Below, piece by piece: positions 7,800 to 21,000 of a DNA stretch of 33,164 bases. Positions within the stretch are counted from its first letter, which is position 1, and each line of letters begins with the position of its first letter. Origin of the DNA: Prevotella sp. (GTDB lineage: Bacteria; Bacteroidota; Bacteroidia; Bacteroidales; Bacteroidaceae); the NCBI GenBank assembly GCA_021204565.1, contig JAJPZE010000055.1:1-33164 (forward strand), given 5' to 3'. The notes below the pieces were generated by a model. It searched no databases and was not told where the DNA came from. It worked only from the letters and a program-made list of their open reading frames with translations. Made by a program: the position numbers and the translations under genes.

Positions 7800-8545
7800 T
7801 ACTGTGCCTGTGCCGCGAGGGCGAAGATGTCGTTTGCAGGTTGGCGGTTGCGCACAGGCGTGTTCGCTCCCGATGCCGGTCGGGGTATGCCGTCGCCTTT
7901 CGCTTGCCGCAACCGCTCGGTAATCTTCGCGTTGCGTCCCGCCACTTCGCCCTCACGCTGCGCTTGCGCCACATCGTCGTCGTGGTTCACCGCCTTAAAC
8001 ACCATCTGCAACGTCTCAGGAGTAATCTTGCCCAACACGCCGTCCTTAATGATAGTGATGATGGTTGTCATCCCCTCGTTCACTTCGTCGTCCGACAAGC
8101 CCTCTTGCTGTTGCAACGCATTGATGTCCTCTATCGACTTCTTGAGGTTCTTGGCGTACTGCTCTTCAAGCTTCTTGCCTTCCGTTACGCGCTCCAAGTA
8201 CTCTTTGTTCGCCGCCTCTATCTCTTTAAGCCTCTCCGGGTCGTCGATAGCGTCCTTTATCTCCATACCGTATTGGCGGACTAACTCCACCGACGGGTCG
8301 CCGCCGTGCCGCCATTTGTCAAGGAACATCGCGCTTCGCGGGTCGGCATCCATCATATCCACCAACCCCTGCTCGCGGTCTTTATACCCCTTTTCGCGCT
8401 CCGCCCAGTCGGCACGCTCCTTATCCGCCGCGTCGTAGTCGTCGTTTACCGCGCCGTAGATTTCCTCGTCGTCGTCAAATGATTTGTCGGGGTACTTGCC
8501 CCGCAAGCGTTCCTGCAACGCCTCGCGTTTTGTCTTTACTGCCAT
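7799..8545 (-). CDS. Putative capsid scaffolding protein
   Basis: 248 aa, highly charged and helical, upstream of the capsid gene, flexible tail ending DIFALAAQAQ. Confidence 0.7.
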   Translation of the reverse strand: MAVKTKREALQERLRGKYPDKSFDDDEEIYGAVNDDYDAADKERADWAEREKGYKDREQGLVDMMDADPRSAMFLDKWRHGGDPSVELVRQYGMEIKDAIDDPERLKEIEAANKEYLERVTEGKKLEEQYAKNLKKSIEDINALQQQEGLSDDEVNEGMTTIITIIKDGVLGKITPETLQMVFKAVNHDDDVAQAQREGEVAGRNAKITERLRQAKGDGIPRPASGANTPVRNRQPANDIFALAAQAQ

Positions 8546-8580
8546 ATAAAAGATGTACTTTACTGCCTTAATGTTTGCCG

Positions 8581-8623
8581 CAAATTTAATACGTGCCGCT
8601 ATGCATAATGTGTTATCCGTTAA
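8581..8623 (-). promoter_or_regulatory. Putative late promoter for the scaffold-capsid-fibre operon
   Basis: Minus strand TTAACGGATAAC (8623-8612), 23 nt, TAAATTTG (8588-8581). Confidence 0.8.
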
Positions 8624-8651
8624 TAAAGTGCGCCCTTATATGCTTATTATG

Positions 8652-8694
8652 TTAACGGATAACCCTTTTTGCCGCACAAGACGCATTATTTTTG
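8652..8694 (+). promoter_or_regulatory. Putative late promoter for the 8718..9014 gene
   Basis: TTAACGGATAAC (8652-8663), 23 nt, TATTTTTG (8687-8694). Confidence 0.8.
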
Positions 8695-8717
8695 CGGCGA
8701 AAAGAAAAGAAACGCTT

Positions 8718-9014
8718 ATGATAAACAAGAAGAGTCCGACCAAACGGTTCATATCCGAATACATACAACGCGAATTGCAGGGGCAGGTGGTGGGGTACTT
8801 CGCCACGCAATTCAAAGACGACTTTAAAGCCCTTGACCCGAAAGAACGCATCGATACGATGATACGTCTCGCACCTTACGTATATGCACGTTTGGAAGCG
8901 ACGAAGATGAGTGCCGACCGGGCGGACACCCCCACAACGGCAGAGAAGAAAAACTACCTGCGCGAGCAATCACTCCTCTACGAGAACAAGACGCAAGACG
9001 GCATCGCTTCCTAA
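8718..9014 (+). CDS. Small helical phage protein, putative terminase small subunit (start moved from 8553 to ATG 8718)
   Basis: 98 aa with DFKALDPKERIDTMIRLAPYVYARL, a pattern I recall from small Bacteroidetes phage proteins near terminases; ATG follows the promoter and an A-rich leader; function is inferred. Confidence 0.55.
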   Translation: MINKKSPTKRFISEYIQRELQGQVVGYFATQFKDDFKALDPKERIDTMIRLAPYVYARLEATKMSADRADTPTTAEKKNYLREQSLLYENKTQDGIAS

Positions 9015-9037
9015 AAACTTACTTCTTCCATACTGTT

Positions 9038-9078
9038 AGCCCCCGCCACGTGATTAACGCGCGACGGGGGCTTTATTA
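9038..9078. terminator. Hairpin terminator between convergent genes
   Basis: AGCCCCCG (9038-9045) pairs with CGGGGGCT (9065-9072), followed by TTATTA. Confidence 0.7.
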
Positions 9079-9097
9079 TAATATCAAGCAACGGCTA

Positions 9098-12000
9098 TCA
9101 TTTCTCTTTCCCGATAGCGTCCATCCGCTCGACAAGCTCGCGTTGCAACTCCGTCTGCTCGCGTTGCAAATCCTTGCGGTCTTCATCGTCTGCCGCCTCT
9201 TTCAGCTCTTTCTTTATGTCGTTCAGCATGCGCTCGTACACATCCCTATACCGCTCATAGCGTTTGTATTCGGGGCTGTTGTAAAGATAATTCAGCTTCT
9301 CCGCATATTTCACCGGGTCGGCATCGTTCGCCTTCTCGTATTTCCTTACCGTCTTTGCCGTGTTGTCAAACTCGTTCATATAATCATAAAAGCGGTTCGT
9401 TACGGCGCGGTCGGCGGTGCTTTCGTCGGCGGTTGCATTGAAACGGTTCGCCAACGGCAAGTAACGCGCGTTCATCTCCTTGTCGCCCCAAATAACGTTC
9501 GCGAGGTTGTCAATTTGTTTGGCTAACGGCATAAACGGCACATACGAGTCGAGCAACGTCTCCCATACGGCGGGGTTCGTCCATTTGCCCGTCGGGTTGA
9601 GGAAGCCTTTCTCCGCTTTCCCCTTTATCCCGACAACGTTGTCCCCGCCCGTCGCCTCATTGAGCCAAGCGGAAAAGCGTACAAGCTCCTTGTTGGTATA
9701 AGAATACGCCTTTGTCCATTCCGGCATATCCTTATTGTACTGCGTGTCCTTGTATATCGGCGTGCCGAGATAGTTCGTGTTCTGCGCAATCTGATACAAT
9801 GGTTGCCCCGCAGACGGGACTAACGACATCAGCGGGTCGAAGTCGCCCGGCTTCTGCCCCTGCATAAAGTCAAGCGGCGACAACTCCATAAACATATCGA
9901 GGAGCTGCGTCGGGTCTATCTTCTGCCCCGTAGCTATCGCCGTGCCTATCATCTCCCCCAATCCGTACATGGGTACGAACTCGTGCGGTAACGGGTCTTT
10001 GAGCCACGTACCGTCTCCCGCCCGCGTGATGAAGTTCCAACGGCGCGTGTGTTCGGGAATGTCGAAATAATCCGCTATCCTCTTGTCGTCATCATCATCG
10101 CCACCGCCGCCACCGAACATCGCTGCCGCCATCGCCCTGACCAATGCCGCCGCTATTGCAAGCAAACTTCCGCGAAGCACGCCTTTCGCCATACCCGTTG
10201 CCGCAAGCGTACCCGCCAATGCCGCCGCCTTGCGGGGATTGCGCGCACTATAACGCGCGAGGTTAGCCACGCCCTGCACGCGCGCATTCCAGAAGATATA
10301 CAACGCTCTGCCCGCGCCGGAGACAAAAGCCGCCATATTCCCCGCCCACGTCTGTCCCGTAGCACTAAGGAACTTATCGCCCGCGCCCTTGCGGTTGAAG
10401 TTCACGCTCGCTTCTTTCGCGTCCCAGATAGCGCGCCCTATCGTTCGCCCGCGCTCCCGCGACGTGGCGTATGCCGCAAAACGCATACTCATCTCCGCCG
10501 CTCTGCCCATCTCGCCCGCAATCTCCATCGCGTCCTGTATCTGTTCGCGCGACAGCAGACGGCTCTTGCGTGCCTTGTCAAAGGCGCGTTTCTTTATCTC
10601 CTCTATATCCATCATACGCGCGTACCCCGTCTCGCCGCCGTTGAGCATAAACTCCTTAAACAACCGGTGGGAGTGCTTGCTGTCGTCCAATACGCCGCGA
10701 CGGTACATATCTATCAGGCGCACCATTGCCGGCGGGAAGTACTTCGCCGAGTTCACCGCAAACCGTTCGGCGTACTGCGGACTCTCTTTCACCCACATCA
10801 TAGCGTTGGCGTATTTAAGGTCGCGCATATAGTTGGATACCATAAAGTCGGGGTTCAGAGTGGTGTATATCGCGCTTATCGCCCTGTTTAGTCTCCCCGT
10901 GAAGTTGAATACCGACGAAATGAAACCCGTTGTTTGGCTGTCGGGGTTAGTGCGTCCGTTCACCGCCATTGCCGCACGCGGGTTGCCGTTGACGGTTATC
11001 ATTATCGGCTTGCCGCCGGAATAAACCAACACCTGATGCTGACGCGCGTCTTTCTTATTCACCACGCGGTACGGTATGTCTTTCGCTTGCGCCGCGTTCT
11101 TGTAATGGAACGGGTCGCTCTTCGCCAATCGCTCCATTGTCTCGTTGAACGCCTTCACCGTCTGCGCAGCTTCCTCGCCCGTCGCGTCATCGGGGATGTC
11201 GGGGAACTGCACCTCCCACACGCCCGTCGCGTCATCGTATTTCAACCATACCTTATTCACGCTTATAAGGTCGCTCGGTCGGTTCATCACAAAGTTATAG
11301 AACGGTATTTTGACGAGGCGGTTGCGGTTGCCCTCTATTATTGCCGTCTCCGCCATCTGCTCCATATTGGCAAAGGGGTTGTCGGCTTTGCTCTTCCGTC
11401 CTTTCGCTTTCTTCATTGGCGAGTTATAGGCGTTGGATATGCCGGGCAGATATGCGTACTTCTCTTCCGCCGTCGTCTCGTCGAAGCCGCGCAAAGGAAT
11501 GTAATTCTCATACATTGCCGCTATCTCGTCCGCTTTCTCCCGGCTTAACATCCCGCACCCTACCATCTTGTCGAGTATCGCCTTGTTCGCCGCTTTGGTG
11601 CGCTCCCATAGGTCGGTCGTGTCGTGCGCCGCCTCATAATCGCTCACCATCGTCCGCGCTTTGGCTTCCGCAGCGGATACGTCCTCTTCGCCGGTAAGTC
11701 CCGTCAAGCCCGCATAGTCGCGCTTACGTGCCTCCTCCCGGAAATCATCCAACGTCTTTTCCCCGTTCGGGTTCGCCGCTATGTATTCGTCGTACTTCCT
11801 TTGCGCATCGCGCTCCGCCATTAAAGCGTTACGCTCCAAGCCGTGCTTCGCCATCATATAATCGATAAGCTCCTCACGCTCTTTCTCGTTATGCGCTAAG
11901 GTATATACCGCACGGTATAACGGACGGAACACGATACGCCGCATAGCGTTTATCTCCGCCTCGTTCACGCTCGACAAACGGTTCTCGCCCAAGTACGGGT

Positions 12001-15000
12001 TCTCATTGTCCGGCACGTCCTCTATATGCTCGAACTCCTTGCCGTATATCGACTTCATCGCCTCTGCTAAGGACGCGGTGTAATCATACACCGCCTCGCG
12101 CGCCTGATACATCCCGCTCGCCACTACACGCTCGTACCGCTGACGCGCCGTCTCCTGCCTGTCCTTACGGCGGAAACGCGTCTGTTCGTCTTCTTTGTCC
12201 GTGTCGTGGTCGAGCGAGTTGAACGTATCCTCTTCGTTAAGCAATTCTTGCTCCTTTTCGCGCATACGCTCCAAACGCTCGCTCTTCGCCATATCTTCGG
12301 CACGCTCCAATACGCTCCCCTCTTTGAGTTTCTTCTCGCTCCGCCATAACAGATACTGTACGTCGCGGGGCGACAAATCCAAACGGAAACCGAGCTTGCG
12401 CAACGCCTCGCGCACCGCGCTGACTACCCGTCCCCACCACGTGGGGAGATTGTCATCCTCCGCCGTCTCCGCTAAATACTCGTCCGTCGCTATGTCTATA
12501 CGCCCGTTATATTTCTCTTTCGCTTCGGCACGCAACCGCTCCCGTATGTCTTCGGGCAACAAACCGAATATGTTCTCCATCGCCTTGCGGAAGTTCTTCT
12601 CGCCGAACAACGCCCGCAAACCCTTATGCCCTTTCAGCTCGTGCAACACCGTCCGCGCCGCGTCATCCGCATCGGTAACGTTCGGCATATAGATATATAC
12701 CTTGCCCGTCTTAGGGTCGTACCAACCCTTTACCGTGTTCTTCCCTCTCCGGCGGTCGCCCTCTATGCGCCGCCGCGCCGCCGCGTTCGTTACCTCGTCG
12801 AACGAGCCCACCGTCTCCACCTTGCTGCCCAAACGCTCTTCCAATCCGTGAATAACCTGCGACACCGCCGACGCCACACTGCCCGGAGATGCCGGCTCTT
12901 CCGCTTCTTCCTCTTCACTATCTTCTATGCGGTAAGAGTTATCGTCATCGCCTGCGTCATCATCGTCTTCCTCCGCACGTCTGATATCGTTAATATCCAC
13001 GCCTTGTATACCGGCATCCATTTCCGCGTACTTCTTCTCCTTTTCTTCCAGCTCCGTCTTCATCTTCTTTGTGTAATCATCAAGGCGTTTCTTGGCTTCG
13101 GCGAGTTTGTCGGCATCTTCAAATGGTTTCCCCTCGCGCTGTTTCAATGTAGCCAAGTCTTTCTTGACGGTTTCCAGACGGTCGGCATACGTCTGTTGCT
13201 CCCCACGCAACCTCTTGCCCGTCATCACGTTATCGAGGATGTCCTCTATCGCGCCTTTCACGAAGCCCCGACTGCCGGGATTAAAGTCCTTTATCGCCAA
13301 TTCGGGGCAGGAATACGTTACGACGCGCGTAACAACCGTTTGCAAGCTGTTGTCTTTGTAGCCCGTTGTTTTCTTAATACGTGTGTTTATCTCAAAGTCA
13401 AAGCCCCCGATATTAACCCGTATCGTTTCCTTCCTCTCGCGGTCTCCGTACGAACGGCGTATTTCATCGACTATTCCATTTATCTTTTCGTTGTAGCTCT
13501 TGAAGAAATCGCCCGCTTTTTTCCCTCCGGGAGTTACCTTTTGCCCGTCGATTGTTATCTCGCCCGTTTTGTCTTTGCCGTCAACGGCTTTCAGCGCATC
13601 GGACAGCTCCGCAAGGCGTTTCTCGCAAGCGGCTATTGCCCGCTCCTGTTTGGGAATGCTGTTGTGAACGTATATCTGGTCGTTCTCGTGCGCCCTGCGT
13701 TTCGCTTCATATTTCGTTACGTCGCGTTCCGCCTGATTCTTCAACATGGCGTACTCGCTGCCCGACAGTTGCGCTACGGTGTCGCCGAACACATCCTCGT
13801 CCTCTTCCATTACGCGGTTCTCCATAGCGTTCTTCAACAGCTCTTTGCCCCTCATAATGCTTTCAGCGATTGCACCTTTCGTCTTTAACCGTTGGTAGGC
13901 GGTAACGTCAAGAGAATCTTCCATACCGAAACGCAGCACACGTACCGGTATGCCCCACTTCTTATGCAGGTTGCCTTGCCGGAGAATACGCCCGTTGCGC
14001 TGAGTGTAGTCCATCGGTCGGTTCGGAGCGTCCATATGGATAAGCGTGTGTAACCGTTCCTGCATATTCACGCCCGTACCCAATGTCGCCGTACTGCCCA
14101 AGACGACACGTATTTGACCGGCGTTCACCTTTTCGAATATATCCGTCTTCTTCTCCGGTGTCAAACCGGAGCGAATTACTGCCACTTGCTCCGCCGGCAC
14201 ACCCGCATCAATCAACTTGCGCCGTATATCTTCGTACAGATTAAACCCGCTGCTTTTGTTCTGATAGTTATCGGCGAATACCGCCACCGTACCTTGATAC
14301 GCTTTCGAGTCTTCCAGACTACGCAAAATCTGCCTTACCGCCTCGTTCGTTTTGCTGTCCGGCTCGTCAGGAGCGTCATCGAGTACCAAGCGGGTGTCTA
14401 TCGCGGCGGCTTTCGCTATGCCGTACATCACCAGCGGAATGTGGCTGTTTTTTTTCTTCTCATCTCTCGACATATGCTCGAACGCCGCCAGTTGCTCACG
14501 GACGGTTTTCATCACACTGCGGAACGATGGAGTCTGTTTAACGTAGATGTCGGTCGCCTTACCGCCCTCCATTTCCGGGATTTGCTCTTGCAGGTCGGGG
14601 ATGTCCCGCGACAGCACGGTATCCGCAATCTCACTCCATATACGCACCAGCTCCGGCAAGTTGAAATAACCTGCGAAACGGTTATTTTCCTTAAACGCCC
14701 CCGACGTAGTGAACTCTAACATCTGTTGTATGCTGCCGAAATTGCGCACAAAGTCGTCGAAGTATTGAATACTGTACTCTTTCATCGTATTGGCGGGGAG
14801 CAGGTAGCGCATAAACGTCCATATCTCCGCCGCAGTGTTGCTTATCGGCGTGCCGGTAGAGAAGATAACATTCTTGCCCGACGACCTGTCCATCACCGCT
14901 TGACATTTAAGATACAATCCCTGCGCTTTCTTGGAGAACGACGAGTCAACACCTCTCACGCCGCGTTGCATAGCGGTGGCGAAACCCAAGTGTTTGTATT

Positions 15001-18000
15001 CGTGCGCCTCGTCAATAAGAAGAGCATCGATGCCCATATCGTCGAAGTCGGCTACGTCATCCACCTTGCGGTCGAGCATCCGCCGCGCCGCCACTTCCGC
15101 ATTCCCGCGCGTCTTGGCTTCACGCTTGGCATCGGTCTTTTTTTTCTTCTTCTTCTGTTCCGCGTCAAAGTCCTTCCGTCCTGCCTTGCTCAGAATATCA
15201 ATCTCCTTCAATACCGACTTTTCTATCCGCGCTATATCCCGCTTGTCCATTTTCGCCGCGCGCATCATTTCCATGACGTGCACGGCTTCTTCAATCTTGC
15301 TCTGTATATAGTCTTGTTGGCGTTTCTCGCTGTCGGGAATGGTGTTGAATACGCTTTGGGGGATTATTATCAGATCCCAATCGTTATATTTTATCTTGGC
15401 ATAAAATGCTTTGCGTTTCTCTTCGGAGTTGTTGCCTTTGTCAAGCGTCAGAATTTTTGCATTAGGGTATAGGCGTTTCGCGCTCTCTACAATCTGCCCC
15501 GTTGTGGCGTTCTGTACAACGAGCATAGGTTTGCGGGCAGTACCAAGACGACGCATCTCCATTGCCGCAGATATAAGCGTGAATGTCTTGCCACTGCCCA
15601 CCTCGTGAGCCAATAAAGTGTTGCGCATCGTACAGCGTATCGCCGCCGCCGCCTGATGGGGACGCAGTTTCACCGCGTGCGATGCACCGTCAAAATGTTC
15701 CGGCGCAAACTCCGCCGGCGTTTCTTCCGGAACATAATTGTTGAAACTATCGTTATACCGCCGCTCCATCGCCTTTGCCATGTCGGGGTCCGTTAGCATC
15801 TTTTGTCGCGCCCACTCCTTAAAGCTGTCTCTAATTTCTTCAATGCGGGAGGCGCATTCGGCGGTGGCGGTCGGGTCGAAGAATGTAAAACCTTTTGTTG
15901 CCTTCGAAACGGTAATGGTCTTGTTCTGCATTGCGGCGGCTATCAGCTCCGTACCATATATAACCTTATCGCACATCTCGCTCCTTACGGCAAGTTGCCG
16001 GTTCTTTTCCGTCGCTATGGCAAGCGGACGGCGGGAGCCCCTGTTATTATAATCGGATGTTGGGTAGACTATCCACGTGCCTCCGGCATTATACACCTCT
16101 ACGTCAATATCGGTTTTTTCCTTAAAGAAGTCAACGTATAGTTGCGGGTCAATATACGATGAGCCAAGCGAAAACTCTATCAGATGAGCGGGAATGTCCG
16201 GCGGGATGACTTTTTGCAACTCTCGTATGTTCTTATCATAGCGACCGTCCTCGTTGTTCTCCCGTGCCTGTCGCAACTTCTCCCGTACGTTGCCGCTCAG
16301 GTATCGAAAGCCAACCTCTACCTCCCTGCTGACGGGGTCCTCGAAACCAAGACCGCTGTCCAAAATCGCGGACTTAACGGCTTCTTCACTTTTGCCTAAA
16401 TGGTCGGCAATATAAGGCAGGTCTATGCGCCCGAACTTATAAATGCTTGTTATAACACCCTCGCGCTCGTATTTCGGTTTGGGGTTGCTTGCCTTCTCTA
16501 CAACGCGCTTGGTGAATATATCTCCTTTCGTAAACGTCTGCAAGCGGTTGCCGTCTTTATCGTTGTATTCTTTCAACGACTCCAATGCCGCAACAGACGA
16601 ATAATCTATGTCGTCCTTCAAGAATGATATTGCCGGGTTCTTTTGGAAATGACCATAGGTATCAACAAATTCATCATACGCGGCGTTGAGCTTGTCGAGC
16701 AACGGTTGCAACCCTTTGTCATCCGCGTGTTCCGCCTGATACGCCAATACGTCATCAACCGCTTTCTTTATCGCCGCATAAGCCTCAAAACACTCTCTCT
16801 TTGTGTGTCCCTTTACTTTGTTGGCGTTCGCTTGAAGCGGTATTGCCACGCCCAAAGACGCAATACACAACTCGCCCTTGTCGTTGACAAACATACTGCC
16901 TTCTCTTACGCCCTTGCCCAACTCTTCGTAAACGGCAGACGCGGCTTCTTCCGTATCCGCCGCCGCAAGAGTGCCGAGCTCCATATTAGAGAAAGACGCC
17001 GCCCACTTTTTAAGAAGTTCTTCCTGCGATATTCCCTTTTCGGGATATAGCCCTTTGCTCGCCGGGCGGTAAGTGTCCCCTTTCTCCACACCAAAGTACA
17101 TTTTGCCGCCCATATTCTCCGGGTGAGAAGCGAAGTAGCTGTTGTATGTCAGTTGCAGGGGGCGCGTCTTCGTCTCCACTTTCCCTCTGCTGTCCGTTTC
17201 CTCATACTCATACACCACCGTCCGCTCGGATATTGTGCCGTTTACGTCAATCGCCGCAGGAGACTTCTGCCTGTTCGTTCGTTTGCGGACAACAATAATG
17301 TCGCTCGTTGCCGACGTGCCGCCGAACGTCTTGTTGTTCATCCTAAACGCACCGATAAAGTCTGCATTACCCTCGCTCGTTACCCATTTCCGAAGCGCCA
17401 CCGAGTTGTCGAGAGTGCCGCTTGACGTAATGAAGATGCCGATGCCGCCGTCGCGCAACTTGCGTATGTTCTTCGCTATGCAGAAGTCGTGGATGTTGCC
17501 GAAGCGGGTCGACAAATCTTTATCGCCCGAATCATCAAACACGTGAAGTCCCGTAACGAACGGCACATTGGTGATTGCAAGGTCAACGCTCCCGTTACGC
17601 ACCCGCGTATTTTGGAAACCTTGTATGTTTACCGTAGCGTCGGGATAAAGCAATGACAATATCTGCCCTGCGGTCGGGTCAATCTCCACCGCCTGAATAT
17701 TGCTGTTCCCGCTAATCTCCGACGGCATCAAACCTAAAATATTGCCTATGCCCGCGCTTCCTTCAAGAATATTGCCGCCCTTAAAACCTAATGCCTTTGC
17801 AACATCCCACATCGCATCAATAACGCTCGCGGGGGTGTAATACGCGCTGTTGATGCTCATTGCCGCCGCCTCAAAGCCGTCATCGCCGAGCAACTCTTTT
17901 AACTCATCACGATAGGGGTTCTTCGCCTCCATCCAACCGGGCTCTTTGAACGCCTTGCCCAAGCCGCCCCAACCGCTGAACTTACGCAGTACAGCCATCT

Positions 18001-21000
18001 GGCTTGGCGTCGCTTTCTTGCCTTTTTCGGTAAGTTCTTGCGCCAGCCGGATGGCTGCGATGTTTGCTTTAATACGGGCATCCACGCCCGTAGGAGCGCA
18101 ATCAGTGCCGCGCTCCACGTGGTTGTTCCCGGAGTTCTTTACGAGTTCCAGATGTCCGCCGGTGTCCAGCACGCCTTGCGGTACTCCTCCATCTCCTGCT
18201 CCTTCTCCTCCTCCGTCATCTCCTCGACGGTCTTGCCCAGACGTTTCGCGCCCTCTTCCAGTATCGACTGTTTCGTTATTACTTTCGGGCGACAATCCGC
18301 CGGTGCGAACGACATTAGTTCTTCCAGTGTCATCGTTTTCTTGATTGTTAATAGGTTTCGGGGCAATATTACCCGGTTGCGAAGTTACATTACTTTCCCC
18401 GCTCGCTGCACTTTCGGCAGGCTTGTTTGTGCTTTCTTGTGAATTTTTAAGAACGCTAACACTTTTTACCACCTGCCGGGCGAAGTCGTGCGCCGCTTGC
18501 TCGCTGCGTATCATATACCCGCCCGCATTTTTATCGTACCAGCCTACTTGCCCTCTGCCTTTATTCCTTGCAAGCGCGTCGGCTTTCTTCTTCTGCTCGT
18601 CGGTCAGGGGCTTGTTGAACTTTACGAGGTATGTGTCAAGCGTCCTGCCGTTCTTGTTCGTGTACGGCTTTTTCTCCACCGTATAACCGAGCTTCTTTGC
18701 CGTCTCCGCTTGCGCCACTTGCTCCGCCACTTGCTCCGCCTGTTGCTCCGCCTGTTGCTCCGCCTGTTGCTCCGCCACCTTGTCCGCCGCCGTCTGCAAT
18801 ACGTCTTTATGGTCTTTGTCGAAGTTGGTAACGTCAAACTTGCTCACCTCTTCGTATGGTGTCATCTGCTTGTCTATTCCCGCCTCTATCATCTCCGGCA
18901 TATCGCGCGCGCCGTTGTACATCGCTTTCAGATAAGGGCGCACCTTATCGCCTAACGCGGCAATAACATCTTTCGCGAAGTCGATAAACTTCGGTATGTT
19001 GCGCTCTAATTTGCCCATCGCATACTCCGCCATAAGCGTAAAGAGTTCCGGGTCGATGCCCAAATTGAGATGGTACAGCTTCTCGATGATGCGCTTGCGC
19101 AGCTCTTCCATCCGCTCATCGCTCACGATATACTTGTGTTCCGGCTCTTCCTTACTCTCTTCCTTTATTTCCTCTTTGCCGGTGTCCTTTGTTTCTTCTT
19201 TTGTTTCTTCTTTTGTTCCCGTTTTCTTTTCTTCCGTAGCTACGCCGGTTGTCCCCTCCGGCGCATTTTCCGGCGTATTATCCGCATTTGTGTTTGTTGT
19301 ATCGGGATTTGTGTTTGCAGGAGTCTCGGGCGTTGTCGTTTGCGCCGCTCTTCTTTGCGGGGTCTCGGCGACGGCTTGCCAGAAGTCCGCCTTTGCTTGT
19401 GCCGCCGCGAGGGCGCGCTCGGCATCAGCAACCGCAGTCTCCGCGTCCGCCACCGCCTCGCTCGCCTTGTTTCGGTTGGCTATCATCTCCACCGGCGTTG
19501 CGCCTACCGGCGAAGACGTTACTTCTTCTAACTTCTTCTTCGCCTTAGTCAGCGTCCCTTTCGCCGCTGTCAATGTCTTTTTTGCCGCGTTTGATGCCTC
19601 GCGCGCACTGCCCGCCATTGAGTTGGCTATATTCACGGCAAAACCGGCATCGCCGCCGCTCTGCTCCGTCAGCGCGTCAAATGCAACGTCGGGACTTGGC
19701 GCACTCTCGTATATCGGGTTGCCGTCCGCGTCCGTCTTTAATTGACTTAACGCGCTCTGCGGCTGTTGTGGTTGTTGCTGTGGCTGTTGCTGTTGCTCCG
19801 TCTGTGGTTGTGCCGTACTTGCCGGTGCTGCGGTTGTCGGTTGTTGCTGCTCTTCGGGGATTACCGCTTTCGCAAACTCTTCTTTGGTAAAGGAATAAGG
19901 TTTCGGTATCTCGTCGTCCGTATGAATGACAAACGTATCGCCGGTGTCCTGCACTATCGTGCCGCTAAGCTTGTTCCCGTCTTTATCTTGAAATGTTACC
20001 TTGTCCCCGACCTTGTATTCCTTCGGCTGTGGTTGTTGCTGTTGCTGCGGCTGCTCCGTCTGTTGCGTCTGCCCTTGTTGCTCTTGCGTCTGCTCCGTTT
20101 GTTGCTCACTGCTCTCGCGAATAATCGCGGCAAAATCATCGCGGATAGCTTGCGCCGCTTTCGCCATCTCCGACTGCTTGAACGCCTCCGCATCGTTTAT
20201 CTCCTCATCTATCGACGTGATGTCCCCCGCCGATACCATCGTTACCGCTCCCGTCTGTGCGTCCGCAACGCACACCGTGTTGGAAGACGCGCCGATATTC
20301 ACCGTGCCGTCCTCGTTCTTAACAAGCATGCCGCTGACAACATACGCGGCGGAACCATCGCGTTTTAGCGTAACACGTTGCATTTTGTTGAGCGACTTCC
20401 CTTTCTCGTCTACAAGCGTCAAACGGTCGTACATCTGCCCTACATTCCGCGCCATCTGCTCCGCCGTGTCGTTCGCGCTCGTCTGCATACCCTTGCACAC
20501 CTCCGAAGCGTGTACGTATTTCACCGCCGCCTCGTATAAGTCCCAAGAGAGCGACGGATTCGAGATTATCTCGTTTTTTATCTGCCGTAGCGTCCGCACC
20601 GGGTCAGCGTCAAGGTCGTCTATCGTTTGTTGTCCGAGTTTCTTTACCGCTTCAGCCGCCGTCTGATTATATGTTTGCGCCGCCGCACGCATACTCTCCT
20701 TGTTGCCGCTGTCGTAAAAGTCATAACCGGTATTAAACGCATTCTGTGCGCGGGTTGTCTCATCCGTTAGCGCAAGACCCATCTGCCCGACAGTCATCGT
20801 GGCGTTGCACGCTTCCGCCCCGCGCATCTGCATTGACTTCTGCACATATTGCAACATTGCAGCTTTCTGCTGTTGGGATAAGGTCTTGTCCCGGAACATA
20901 CCGAGCAACGCCGCCTGTGATGCCGCGCTATCCTTATTATCTACCGCTTGTTTGAATTTCTCCCATACATCCGCCCTATTCTCCCCGAACGCTTGCATAC

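Noticed and set aside
8553-8717. N-terminal extension of the 8553..9014 ORF
   Set aside because: It spans both divergent promoters; ATG 8718 follows the promoter and an A-rich leader
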